Virus record (IMG/VR): IMGVR_UViG_3300030419_000485
Location: 1-54,115 of that record
Length of the DNA stretch: 54,115 bases
Strand: one strand, 5' to 3'
From: a virus
Lineage: Duplodnaviria > Caudoviricetes
A program made the position numbers and the translations under genes. Numbering within the stretch: the first letter of the stretch is position 1; every line of letters starts with the position of its first letter. Shown piece by piece: positions 1-10,590 of the stretch. The notes beneath the pieces are model-generated. The model ran no database searches and was not told the origin of the DNA. It saw only the letters and a program-made list of their open reading frames with translations.

Positions 1-3000
1 ACGGAATTTGGCTTCGGCTTTTGCAAGCATCGGTTCATAGTTTTCTTCGACCGTTTCAATCTCTTGGTTGCTATCTCTAGCAATATTCCTAAGGCGATCT
101 TTAATAGTTCTTCTAAGATCACTAAGCTTGTACAATGATTCAGATACAGATCGGTCATCCTCAGGCAGTGCTTCGTCTGTTCTTAATTCAGCTGCCTCGG
201 GCTGTGTAAACGGAATAGTATAGGTTTCGCCTGTATCTCTATCTGTAACTACTACATCAGGAAGTGTTCTTTCTACACCCGGCTTATCTTGACGAATTTC
301 TCTAGAAACTTGCCTAGCCCGTTCTGCCTTATTAATAAAATCAAGAACTCCTCTTGTCTGGAACTCTTCACTTCGATTGATTGATAAGAATCCGGTCATT
401 GCATCTTTCATTCCCTGATCGGTAGCGATGACTTGATCTAAGATTACACGGTCATTGAAATCCTGACGCTCGTATAAAAGTTCCCCGAGTGCGATTATAT
501 TATCCGAAGTTACTGTAACTCCCATTTGCTCCGCTAAAGCCTTGACAGCAAGAGTACCCTTACCAAAAGGTTCGTTAATAAACTCTTGTCTAAAGTTGTC
601 AATACCACCACCATACATACGACGCATAACTGGGGGCTTAAATACATCTCGTAATCTACCAAGTACTGCCCTTTCTTCCCCACTTATATCGGTTCTATCC
701 TTCACAGCCTCAAAGTCTTTAGTACTTTTAATATCATACTTTCCAAGAAGATCGAAAGCTGCTTTAAGCGGACCCATTCTTTGAACTACTAAAGCATTTC
801 CATTAGCAGAAATTGCATCTGCCGCAGCTAAAGCACCCTTAATATAGAAGTCAGATTCTGAAATTGAAGATCTCTTAGAATTAAGAATGGTTGTTCTTAG
901 CCCATACTTTACTAAAGACTTATAGATGGTATTCGCTTCTTTATCTATATTGCCATTGTCATCCATAACCTCGATTGGCTGATTACCATAAGGGGTATTT
1001 GCAATATGCTTCCAATTATCTGAACCCGTAGTAGTCATAACCGCTAAAGTATTCAAGTGGTTTTCATGAATACCGCTATTAACTCTGTCATAGTAATTTG
1101 TCCTGTCATATAAGAACACATTAACTTCATCCAAAGTAATAGTTCTATCACCAATCACAACTTCTCCGTTGACAGTTACATCAAGGAATTGCTGTGGATT
1201 CATGTTAAACTCGTCCATAAGCCATTTGTTAGTGGACTCTATACTTGCTTCAATAATAGTTGATGCCATAGGAGCCATCTGTTCTGAAGCAAAAGCTTGG
1301 GCAATAACATCACCTGCGTAACCACGAGGAACAATAACCTCACTACCGGGACTAATAAATGGAATGTTTAGCTGATTTGCAAAGGATCTATTAAAACGAA
1401 TCCGACTATCTCTGGCTCCAGATAAACTGTCTTGGACAAACATCTGAGCAAGGTTTGGCAAGTCCATCATAAAATGCATTGCGAGATCAATAGCTTTTTC
1501 CCGGTCCAACAAGCCTTGCTCTAAGCTACCGCCTACCCATCGAGGAAAGATCATAAACTTAGTCATATCTTCAGATGGATCTGGGGTTCCTTCTTTGCGG
1601 AACTTTTTTCGCCACTCAGCCGCAGCGTCTCGTTGTTTTTGGCCCCAGTTTTTAACCGTAGGTCTGTCTAAATCCTTATCCCATTCAATATGCCTTAAAA
1701 CTTCTTTCTGTCTCTGATCAGTTTGCCACCTCATAATAATACGCTTTAAATCAAACGATCCTAAGGGGGCTGAGTGATTAATTCTTCCAGCAGCAGCAAC
1801 GAATTCAGGGTTGCCCTTTCTATCCATATCAGACTCTGTACCAATTAATCCGTGCTCTCCAGTAACAAGCTTGTCAGCTTGCACGGTGATTTTCTCAAAG
1901 GCAAAGTAATCTACAATAGCTCTACCAACTAAAGTGGCAGGAGCCCAATCAATAGTACCGTCACCGAACGAAGATAAAGTTACAACCCCAGAATCGCTAT
2001 CATCAGCAAAGACATCTAAGTTTTGCATAATTTTATTAAACGTCCTATCAATATTAATAGGCTCTCCGGGTACATACTCTATACCCAGTTTTTCCATGAT
2101 CTTTCTAGCACGGGGATGAGCTCTGCCGCCCTCCATAAATAACTGCTCTTCTAATCTTTCTCTAATAGACTGCTCAACAGTTTGTGTATATGTTTCTCTA
2201 CTTCTGGTAACTTGGGATCTATCGAAGAAACCAGTTTCCTCTCGAACATCTAAGACAAACCCAATCGTCCTTGCTTGGGATTTATTCCATTCTCTAGAGG
2301 CATCTTCTAAATCCTTTAATAATTCCACTGCTAATTCGAAGTTTGAAATTGAGTCAGGCTTAGTTTCACTGTCTAACTCTGACCTCATAATCTCTCCAAT
2401 AAGATTATCTAAAGTCTGAGCTCTAGCTCCTTCTAACTTTCTATACACCCTACCTCGATAAAGATCAATGATATCCATCACCTTTTCCAGATTATAACGC
2501 AATGATCCAGCGTTAATATGTCTTTCACCAATTTCCATCTCAAGACCAGCACCATCAAGAGCTGGCTCAAACAGCACAAAGGGGGCCAATCCAAGCTGCC
2601 AGAAATATTCAGGCATTGTTGAATATACTAATGCAGCGTGTACACTACCGTCGCTGTTTTTTGCAGTCGACTGAAGAAGAGCCTTAAGTCTAGAATTCCA
2701 TTCAGCCCAAGCTTCGGCTTCTTTGTTTATGTCTCTTCTGATTTTTTTAAGAGCTTCTCCCGGATTACTCTCATTCAATAGGTTATCCCAGTTTGTGTAG
2801 GGAAGGTTATCTAAATCAGCATCAGTAAGCTCAAGGAGCTGGGATTTGAGATGTTCTTGTAGATTTGCAGGAGCAACAAAAGACGTACGAGATCCTAGTT
2901 GCATGTCCTTAAGAAGCTCATTAATTAATGATTTTGTTTCCCCAACAATACCTCTAGCTTTCTGTAAAGGAATTGTTTTATTCAACCTTTTTGTTTTTTC

Positions 3001-6000
3001 TGTGTGATCTAAAGTATTATGATCAGCAACTTTCTTCTTCTTCCATTTAGAAATATCAGGAAGCAGTTGCATTAATTCCTTAACAGTAATACTACCCTCT
3101 GCTTCTAACTCATTCAATCTTTGTTCCGCACCCGCTATAACAATTTCAAAGTGCTTAGTGTCCTGTTGAATTTGATCAATAAGACTACGATGTGAGACGA
3201 CAGAGCTAAATGATACAACAGCCGACTGCTTAGCTCGTTCTTCTGAAAGCTTAGACAATTCCCTCTTATAATCTCTATGAACTTTTTCAAACTTCTTAAC
3301 AGAGGCTGTATGATTTTTGTAGTCATCCGTTTCCTTAAAGTCTTGTTCTACTTTAGTAGCGAGAGAATTAAAACTATTAATTAATTTTGTAAATGAAGAT
3401 CCTTTTTTTGACGATCCACCTGTCAATTTAGTCTCCGGATCTCCTTTTAATACTCTATTAATTTCATTCTTAATTGTCTGTCTGATCTTCGGATGGGTTG
3501 TTCCAGACTCTACTAATTCGAGTAGACTTTCTAGAGCGGAGATAACCCCCGGCATGTTATCTAAATCTTCAATTTTAATTGTTTTCTTAATCTTATCCGG
3601 CATTGGCTTTCCGGTTTCTGGATCTATTTCCATAAACGGAACAAGACGCAATGCACTTATTGGCCTTACCAATGCAAGATATTGGTCTACCTCATCACCC
3701 CCTGCTTCTTGAAAAGCTTTATAGGTTTCTAGAAGGCGTTTTCGTAATTCTATAACCTCATCACCTAAAGCTCTAACGACAGGATCAGGATTGAGCTGGG
3801 CTAAGAAAGCCTGCTTATCTATATTTAATTTCTCAAGCAAATCTTTAATTCTTCTTTTTGCCTTTTTGAAATCTGCAATCTTTTCGCGATGCAGCTTGAG
3901 CTTATCTTTTAACTCTCTTCTTCGTTTTAAGAGATCTTCTGAAACAGCATCCCTACCCTTGGTTTCTCTAGTCCTTCTAATTTGACCAAGAACCTCAGCC
4001 CTTTCGGTTTCTGTTTCAGCCATCTCCTCTGTTGCACGTCTCGAGTCTTCATCGATTTGATCTGATATTTCTTGAGCTGTCTGTTCAGCATCAACGCTCT
4101 GCGTTACAACATCGTTTGTTGGAGAACCTTCCTGTACCGCTTCTCCTGTAGTAGGAATTCCCGCAGCGGTAGCTTCTGCACGAACCTGATTAATAGTCTT
4201 AATAGCCTCGGCATCAACTTCGGTCTGTTTAGTCATTAACTCATGAGCATAATCTAAACCAGCATCAAACCGTTCTTTCTCAGTCGCATTATCCCAATCA
4301 ACTTTAGATCCATCCTTACGAGTAATCTGAGAATACTTCTTCTTTGTTCCACTTAATATATCAGGAGGTAAAAGTCTAGTCCATTGTTGTTTATCTTTAA
4401 TGTTCTGCACATATTGGGCAGAAGTAATGTGTGTGCCTGTTCTTGCGGATTCAGCAGCAGCTGCATTTTCCATATCTGAGATATGTTTGTTCCATCCCCG
4501 CATTTGGGTAATAACCCTATCGACATCAGGACCATGCTTTGCGGTCATCTTGTCGTGAAAGGTTCCTTGTAAGGTTGATAAAGTATGCTCTAAAAACTGA
4601 GCTGGAGATAACGAAAACTCTCCGTGAATTTGTAAAACCTCGTTCGATGTTTCTATTAATAAATCATGAAAGTCCGAATCATTTAACCCAGATAAATGTC
4701 TAATAGAAGACAGCCCAAGACTAAGCCTGTCAGATGCTCCTTCCCCAGCACCTCGGTTTATATCCGTTATGGCAGCTTGACCCAAGTCTAAGTTAAGTCT
4801 ACTAGCTCCGGACACACCATCTGCCGGAGAAGCGCTTAAGGTTCGGTTAATAATCCTATTTAATTCCCCACGCTTACGGGTAATCTCTCTAGTCTGTTTA
4901 ACATAGTCAGGGTGAGCTACGCTCTTCCAAAAATCTACCGTATTATTTATCCAGCCATCAGTTCCTTTTGCCTTAGCGTTATACCACTTCTTTGCTGTCC
5001 AAGCAATAGGCATAGTACCCGCACCCATAGCGGCACCAAAGGTAGGGTTAATAATAGGAGATAATAGGGATTCAAGTATTCCCTCGTCCTTAACCTTGCC
5101 CCAGTCAAAACCGTCCTGCAATCCCATATTCTGTTTTCGCCATTGGTTCCCGATTTCTGCCAAAGACCCAGTAATAGCACCCTCAGCCATATCCGAAACA
5201 CGATTCAGTGGCCACCGAATTATCCGACCCGCTTCTCTAAAATCCTTACCTGTTGCTTTTTTAATCCCCTTAGCTAGTAAGTGGGGTCCTACTCTTTCTG
5301 GAAGATAGTTTACCAATCTCCTAGTCATATCACCAGCAGCCATTAGTCTCTCACTAAGTCCAGCTTTACCTGTAATACTTCTAGCATTCTCCATTCTGTG
5401 TAATACGCCCATGAATCTTTTCATCCGCAAAGCTTGTTTAGCAGTCTTAGCAGCTAAAACGGAAGCTGTAAGAGTAGCTCCAGCAACAGCCCCAACACCT
5501 GTTAGAGTTAGACCGGCACTAATAACCATACTTGCAACTAAATCAGGATCGTTAATAATACCATTTATAGTTAGGTTTGATGCAAAATTCCACAACTGAT
5601 CCATATCAGTAGCAGTGGATGCCCAGTTTCCATAAGCCTGAGCAATTTCCATCTGTCTGGATGTGTTGGAAATAGTTCTAAAGAAATCATAAGGATTCTT
5701 TGTATTCTTAACTGTTTCTTTTAATACTGCTTCCCCACCTAACTGCATCGCAAAGAAATTATAATTATCGAAATCTTTTTCCTTAAATTCTACTAGTGCT
5801 TGGCTAGGTTTAAACGCATCTCCAAAATCGAGATTTAATAAATCCTCAACTCCGCTAGAAAAAGAATTAGCAACAGGTAAAGTTTGCTTATCAAAACCCG
5901 AAGAGAACATAGAGATTGCGTTCCACCTGCTAAAGTCTTTTGTTTCCCCTATCATTTCTCTAGCTCTAGATCCAACATCTAGCATCCCCCCGCCATCAAA

Positions 6001-6333
6001 CTTCAGTAAGTATGACAGGTCACTAGCTAAATCCTGTTTAAAAGGTACGTTATCTGTAGTCCAACCTCCCGCATAATCTCTACTCATCGCCTCGCTTTGG
6101 CTTCTCGCGAAAGGCATAAAACCAGTCATCTTTCGGTTTTGAGAAATCTCTTCCCCTCTATTCATATAGTAGCCGCCTACGTCTGGAGAGGATAACGACT
6201 CCGCGTGTTGCGGGCCCCACTCTAAAGAAGCCCAATGCTTCATATACTCCTTAGCGCGCTCTGCGTTCTGTCGAGATATATCTAAAGTATCTGGCTGCCA
6301 CGGGAGCGGATTACCAAAAAATTCTAAGGTCAT
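1..6333 (-). CDS. Giant internal virion/ejection protein (>2111 aa, 3' end outside window) with a putative single-subunit RNA polymerase domain (vRNAP-like)
   Basis: ATG at 6333 with AGGAG RBS (6341-6345). Manual translation (MTLEFFGNPLPWQPD...) stays open to base 1, and the ORF track lists no terminated ORF in this frame. Motifs: DSRIRF (D at 1410), YDRVNSGIHE (D at 1089), DFY (852-844), RDVFKPPVMRRMYGGG (starts 651). No Cys found in my manual read. Confidence 0.85.
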   Translation of the reverse strand, partial: MTLEFFGNPLPWQPDTLDISRQNAERAKEYMKHWASLEWGPQHAESLSSPDVGGYYMNRGEEISQNRKMTGFMPFARSQSEAMSRDYAGGWTTDNVPFKQDLASDLSYLLKFDGGGMLDVGSRAREMIGETKDFSRWNAISMFSSGFDKQTLPVANSFSSGVEDLLNLDFGDAFKPSQALVEFKEKDFDNYNFFAMQLGGEAVLKETVKNTKNPYDFFRTISNTSRQMEIAQAYGNWASTATDMDQLWNFASNLTINGIINDPDLVASMVISAGLTLTGVGAVAGATLTASVLAAKTAKQALRMKRFMGVLHRMENARSITGKAGLSERLMAAGDMTRRLVNYLPERVGPHLLAKGIKKATGKDFREAGRIIRWPLNRVSDMAEGAITGSLAEIGNQWRKQNMGLQDGFDWGKVKDEGILESLLSPIINPTFGAAMGAGTMPIAWTAKKWYNAKAKGTDGWINNTVDFWKSVAHPDYVKQTREITRKRGELNRIINRTLSASPADGVSGASRLNLDLGQAAITDINRGAGEGASDRLSLGLSSIRHLSGLNDSDFHDLLIETSNEVLQIHGEFSLSPAQFLEHTLSTLQGTFHDKMTAKHGPDVDRVITQMRGWNKHISDMENAAAAESARTGTHITSAQYVQNIKDKQQWTRLLPPDILSGTKKKYSQITRKDGSKVDWDNATEKERFDAGLDYAHELMTKQTEVDAEAIKTINQVRAEATAAGIPTTGEAVQEGSPTNDVVTQSVDAEQTAQEISDQIDEDSRRATEEMAETETERAEVLGQIRRTRETKGRDAVSEDLLKRRRELKDKLKLHREKIADFKKAKRRIKDLLEKLNIDKQAFLAQLNPDPVVRALGDEVIELRKRLLETYKAFQEAGGDEVDQYLALVRPISALRLVPFMEIDPETGKPMPDKIKKTIKIEDLDNMPGVISALESLLELVESGTTHPKIRQTIKNEINRVLKGDPETKLTGGSSKKGSSFTKLINSFNSLATKVEQDFKETDDYKNHTASVKKFEKVHRDYKRELSKLSEERAKQSAVVSFSSVVSHRSLIDQIQQDTKHFEIVIAGAEQRLNELEAEGSITVKELMQLLPDISKWKKKKVADHNTLDHTEKTKRLNKTIPLQKARGIVGETKSLINELLKDMQLGSRTSFVAPANLQEHLKSQLLELTDADLDNLPYTNWDNLLNESNPGEALKKIRRDINKEAEAWAEWNSRLKALLQSTAKNSDGSVHAALVYSTMPEYFWQLGLAPFVLFEPALDGAGLEMEIGERHINAGSLRYNLEKVMDIIDLYRGRVYRKLEGARAQTLDNLIGEIMRSELDSETKPDSISNFELAVELLKDLEDASREWNKSQARTIGFVLDVREETGFFDRSQVTRSRETYTQTVEQSIRERLEEQLFMEGGRAHPRARKIMEKLGIEYVPGEPINIDRTFNKIMQNLDVFADDSDSGVVTLSSFGDGTIDWAPATLVGRAIVDYFAFEKITVQADKLVTGEHGLIGTESDMDRKGNPEFVAAAGRINHSAPLGSFDLKRIIMRWQTDQRQKEVLRHIEWDKDLDRPTVKNWGQKQRDAAAEWRKKFRKEGTPDPSEDMTKFMIFPRWVGGSLEQGLLDREKAIDLAMHFMMDLPNLAQMFVQDSLSGARDSRIRFNRSFANQLNIPFISPGSEVIVPRGYAGDVIAQAFASEQMAPMASTIIEASIESTNKWLMDEFNMNPQQFLDVTVNGEVVIGDRTITLDEVNVFLYDRTNYYDRVNSGIHENHLNTLAVMTTTGSDNWKHIANTPYGNQPIEVMDDNGNIDKEANTIYKSLVKYGLRTTILNSKRSSISESDFYIKGALAAADAISANGNALVVQRMGPLKAAFDLLGKYDIKSTKDFEAVKDRTDISGEERAVLGRLRDVFKPPVMRRMYGGGIDNFRQEFINEPFGKGTLAVKALAEQMGVTVTSDNIIALGELLYERQDFNDRVILDQVIATDQGMKDAMTGFLSINRSEEFQTRGVLDFINKAERARQVSREIRQDKPGVERTLPDVVVTDRDTGETYTIPFTQPEAAELRTDEALPEDDRSVSESLYKLSDLRRTIKDRLRNIARDSNQEIETVEENYEPMLAKAEAKFR

Positions 6334-6372
6334 TTAATTTCTCCTGTTTTCAGTATAAGGTATTCTTTTCTA

Positions 6373-9300
6373 TTAGAATTTAGGAAAGGTATAGATGTAT
6401 GTTTCGGCGGACTCGCGTAAATATTCTAGTACGCCTTCTCTTCTTTGTTTAGTCCATTCAAGACCAACGGTTCCAATAGCTAATCCCTGCTCCTGTTGGT
6501 TACCTGAGGTTCCTGCTTCTCTCATGAGTCTAATTTCTACAGCAGCATCGCTGGCTGGTTTACCAGAATCAGGGGTAACATACCGGGGATAATAAAATAA
6601 CGCCACATCAACCAGATTATAAGGTTCTAGTTCAGCACTTGGGGTGTACATAGCTTCTTGCCTCTGCGGTATGGGTGGGGTAAGAAAGAACTGAAATTCC
6701 CCAATCTCAGAAAATCCCGGATAATCACCACTGGTAGCTAATCTATGAATAGCATTAACCATAAGACGGCCATGATCTAGTTTTAAAGCTTTAGCAAAAG
6801 TTGTGGGATTCTCTCTTCTAAATCGACTGTAATCAATGATAACACTACGCAAAGCTTGTTTGAAATTAGATTCAAATAGTCCAGCGTCTTGCTTGCTAGC
6901 AGCATGAAGTCTTCCAAATAAGCTTCCTCTTTTACTTAAAGCTATAGTCTTTGCAATAGCGTTATCAGCATCAGATACCTTAGTTGAAACAGGATCACCA
7001 ATGGTGGTTATATGGCCCTGTCTCTGAAGTGTGGTAAATTGGTTTTTATGATTAAAGGGAGTATCCTGTCCTACAAACGAATTCGGGTTTCTATCAAAAG
7101 CATCCTGTAACCCATTCCTATCAGGAATTAATCGCAGCCTGTTATCATCTCCCGGTAGAGATGCAGCACCACTGCCCTCAATGCTTGTTACGTTCATTCC
7201 TCTTAGTACAAGACTTGGCTCTATTGGTCCGTCTATAACAGTAGTTAAAACTTCTACCGCAGTCCTAGCCTCTGGGTGTTCACGCAGTAATCGAGTCATT
7301 CCTCTTATCACACCTAATTCTAACCACTCCCAATCTTGGCTAGTAAAATTAAACACACCCTCTACATGCCCAAAATCTTCGATCTCCCATTCCAAAGGTT
7401 TACCTTTTTTATCTTTGGGAAGATCAACTCCACTCTCATCAATCCATTGTATCATGCCCGGAGTAATATATCCCGCTTTCCATAACGATTGGAAATCATC
7501 AAGAATCTTTCGCTGACGCTCTTGTAACTGAACTATATCCGAATCTCTATCGTAAAACAATGGACTACTATAATCTGACGGTTGATGAATTACAATCCCC
7601 ATCTCACCAAGAGCCTCAACCATTTCATTTCTTTTCTCATTATCATTAGCTTCCGCGTAATCAATCCACGCACCTTCTCTAGCATAATCGGATAATCCCG
7701 GCATATGGGGTCTAGTTGATAAGGCTGTAAGATCATCTCTTTGTTTTCTAGTTATTTGATTAATAGGTTCTCCGCCGTTTAAAATAGTAGCTAACCCACT
7801 AAATATCTGTCTATGGGCATTTGAAAAACTTTGTAGGTGCGAAGCAAAATTTTGAATTTCTGTAGTCGGATCATTTTTTAAACCCATAACAAAAGCATTG
7901 TAATCATCATTCCGCTGCATTAAGAATTTACTAGTAACAGCAAACGCGTCTGCTCTTTCTCTAGAGATGCCGTGCTGAGAAAGTATATGAAGTCTGCGAT
8001 CAAAGCTACCCGGACCTTCGGTTGGATCAGTAAGATATCTCATAGTATTCCACGCAACAAACATAGGCAGCAAGTCAGCTTCCTCTCCTCGTTCTACCTT
8101 ATCTTGAATATACTGCGGATCTAAGTCTTGTAAGTTTCTTTGTATGTGTCCAATAATCTTACTTAACATCGGATCTGGAACTGCCTCTCCCTGCGCATTA
8201 ACCTTAGGCGAATTACCAGAAAGTTCCATTAAGGTTAAGACACTAGCCAAATGTCGTTGAGGATGTGTTTGTAAGTTATCAAGAGGGGCTAGTGAAAGAC
8301 GAGTCGACGAATGGGGTGGTATAGGTGGAAGAAGGGTCCATACATCTGCACCTTCGGGAAGAGAGATACCCTCTGGATGTAGTGCGTGGAAATGTTTAGA
8401 GTATATATCTTGAGCATGTGACCTAGCTTCATCCCAGATTCGCGTACCTTCTGCTGTCTCATATGCTTTATCGGTGCTGGTATTTCTGTCTAGGTTCCAA
8501 ATAATTGAAACATAATCCGTACCTTCCTTAGGATCAGCCGGGTCGGTTATTCCGAATCTTGTATTATTTAAACTACGTTCCATTTCAGCCAAGTGTCTAT
8601 GTAGACTAGACGTACTTGTTCCAGCATCGATTTGGTCCTTAAATGCATCGAACGACCTATTCCACGTAGTTAAATAAGCGTGTTGCTCAGATAGGGTATA
8701 TTGGTCTGGATTAAATATTACCCCAAAGATAAAAGATTTCGCCTCTTGGAATGTCTTAAAGTTCTGTCCCTTTATAGAAAAATTCATAGATCGTCTCATA
8801 TTTTCTTCAAAGAGATTAACCTTAAGTTGACCTTGACCGTAATTAGCGTTTGGGTCCAAGCTCACTGCTTCCCCAAGCGGACCCGTTTGGGATAATTGTG
8901 GAAGAGCCTCTGATAAATCGGCTGCCCGTGTATTACTCATGTCAGCTCCATATAATTGTGCCGACGCTTCTGATACTGATGGGGAATCGAATGCCATAGG
9001 AGAAAGCCAAGGCCAATGGATACCAGTAAAGATTGAAGTAGTGTTAGATAAACTCTTAACAGCCGATTGGAAGGCCTTTGTTATAACCTGTTCCTGATCA
9101 CTATCGTTCATAGACCCTATGATCATATCTCCCATCGACATAAAAGCTGAAGGGATAAGACCATGCTCTACTATTGAGCTTAGTCCTTCTTTTACTAATT
9201 CATTCCCCCGTCTCATTCCTCTTCCCATAGCACTATAAGCACCCTCGGTTACCACGTCATAAAATATATCGTAAAGTTCTTGCCATTCTTCTTCTGGTAA

Positions 9301-10590
9301 GAAAGAATAAATAGCTTCTGCCCAATTAAAGTCAATATTTTCTGGGGTAATTGTAACAGAAGCAACCGGAACGTCAGATAAAGGTGCTCGACGAGTAACC
9401 GCTGCTGGGTCTATTCCGGATTTTGCGGCCATTCTCCTATCAAATCTTTCAAATCCCTCATCTAGCTTTCTCGGAACACTTGCAATTTTATTTACAATCT
9501 TTCCTAATATCGTGCTATTCCACCATTCTTCAAAACCCTCAAAGGTTTTGGCCCAATTATAAACTTCCTTATTAATACCTACAGCCTTGTCTCCAATTGT
9601 GTTAGGAGCTCCCGTTTTTCTTTCCAATCCCTCAGACAATTCTGATGGTACGGAAAGCAAAGCATTTGGAATATCGTGAGTAAACCCCTGCCAGAGCTTA
9701 TCTATAGCATTACCAAGTTTGTCCATATAACCCGGAGGTTCATCAGAACCATTACCACTGTTAAGTATATAGTCAATACTTTCATTTCCTTCTGGAGTAA
9801 ACCATAAGAAGTGTTCATACACAGGACCGTTTAAAGTAGCTCCCACCCCCATATCTTTAGGTAATGAGAGCCGTAATAATTTATCTACTATCGGTCTTAC
9901 TTCTTCTTGGGAAAGGGCACTAAGAGGTAGGTCATCCATTTCTTCGAGAACAGACCACGCGGTTCTTGGGAATAAAGTATCTTGGTATGTGTCTAAGAAG
10001 TATAAACTTTCAGAAGTACCGTGGACTAGCTTTGAAAAATCAGATGGAAGACCGAACAACTCATGATCTAAATTAGTAAGCTCTCCACCACCGTTAATAT
10101 CAATAAGATTTCCGCCTAATGAAAAAGAATGACCCGGTACTTCTGCTCCAATATCAGTCATAAACTGAGGTACAGATCTGATATGAAAATCGGCTATGTC
10201 ATGCAAATCTTGACCCCCTGCTACGGTAGGATAATCTACTAAAGAAGAAGGATTAAGCTGAGCAGGCTTGGCTTTGTAATTATTATCTCCATCAACATTA
10301 GATTCAAAAGTACTAAGAGAAGAAGGAACTGGGGTGGCAAATAACTGCTCCTTGAAAAACTCAATAGGATATCCTTCCCGTGTAATTTCTTCAGGATCTG
10401 ACCAGATACCATTAGGATACCACCTTTCAACGGATCCGTCTGGTCTAGATACCAGTGAATGCACCCAGTGTTTATTTGCTTGGTTATTTTTTTCAGCACG
10501 CGGGTTATTGGGATCGGTATATGCTTTTTCAGCAGTAGGGATTTCACTATACGGTTGAATAAGAGAATCTAAATAAGATACAAAAGACAT
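6373..10590 (-). CDS. Large internal virion protein (gp15-like position), 1405 aa
   Basis: Long ORF with no Cys, lying in the putative ejection block. Function inferred from position and composition only. Confidence 0.6.
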   Translation of the reverse strand: MSFVSYLDSLIQPYSEIPTAEKAYTDPNNPRAEKNNQANKHWVHSLVSRPDGSVERWYPNGIWSDPEEITREGYPIEFFKEQLFATPVPSSLSTFESNVDGDNNYKAKPAQLNPSSLVDYPTVAGGQDLHDIADFHIRSVPQFMTDIGAEVPGHSFSLGGNLIDINGGGELTNLDHELFGLPSDFSKLVHGTSESLYFLDTYQDTLFPRTAWSVLEEMDDLPLSALSQEEVRPIVDKLLRLSLPKDMGVGATLNGPVYEHFLWFTPEGNESIDYILNSGNGSDEPPGYMDKLGNAIDKLWQGFTHDIPNALLSVPSELSEGLERKTGAPNTIGDKAVGINKEVYNWAKTFEGFEEWWNSTILGKIVNKIASVPRKLDEGFERFDRRMAAKSGIDPAAVTRRAPLSDVPVASVTITPENIDFNWAEAIYSFLPEEEWQELYDIFYDVVTEGAYSAMGRGMRRGNELVKEGLSSIVEHGLIPSAFMSMGDMIIGSMNDSDQEQVITKAFQSAVKSLSNTTSIFTGIHWPWLSPMAFDSPSVSEASAQLYGADMSNTRAADLSEALPQLSQTGPLGEAVSLDPNANYGQGQLKVNLFEENMRRSMNFSIKGQNFKTFQEAKSFIFGVIFNPDQYTLSEQHAYLTTWNRSFDAFKDQIDAGTSTSSLHRHLAEMERSLNNTRFGITDPADPKEGTDYVSIIWNLDRNTSTDKAYETAEGTRIWDEARSHAQDIYSKHFHALHPEGISLPEGADVWTLLPPIPPHSSTRLSLAPLDNLQTHPQRHLASVLTLMELSGNSPKVNAQGEAVPDPMLSKIIGHIQRNLQDLDPQYIQDKVERGEEADLLPMFVAWNTMRYLTDPTEGPGSFDRRLHILSQHGISRERADAFAVTSKFLMQRNDDYNAFVMGLKNDPTTEIQNFASHLQSFSNAHRQIFSGLATILNGGEPINQITRKQRDDLTALSTRPHMPGLSDYAREGAWIDYAEANDNEKRNEMVEALGEMGIVIHQPSDYSSPLFYDRDSDIVQLQERQRKILDDFQSLWKAGYITPGMIQWIDESGVDLPKDKKGKPLEWEIEDFGHVEGVFNFTSQDWEWLELGVIRGMTRLLREHPEARTAVEVLTTVIDGPIEPSLVLRGMNVTSIEGSGAASLPGDDNRLRLIPDRNGLQDAFDRNPNSFVGQDTPFNHKNQFTTLQRQGHITTIGDPVSTKVSDADNAIAKTIALSKRGSLFGRLHAASKQDAGLFESNFKQALRSVIIDYSRFRRENPTTFAKALKLDHGRLMVNAIHRLATSGDYPGFSEIGEFQFFLTPPIPQRQEAMYTPSAELEPYNLVDVALFYYPRYVTPDSGKPASDAAVEIRLMREAGTSGNQQEQGLAIGTVGLEWTKQRREGVLEYLRESAETYIYTFPKF

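Noticed and set aside
542-5599. Short ORFs listed by the track within 1-6333
   Set aside because: They are shadows of the single giant minus-strand ORF, which is open across the whole interval.
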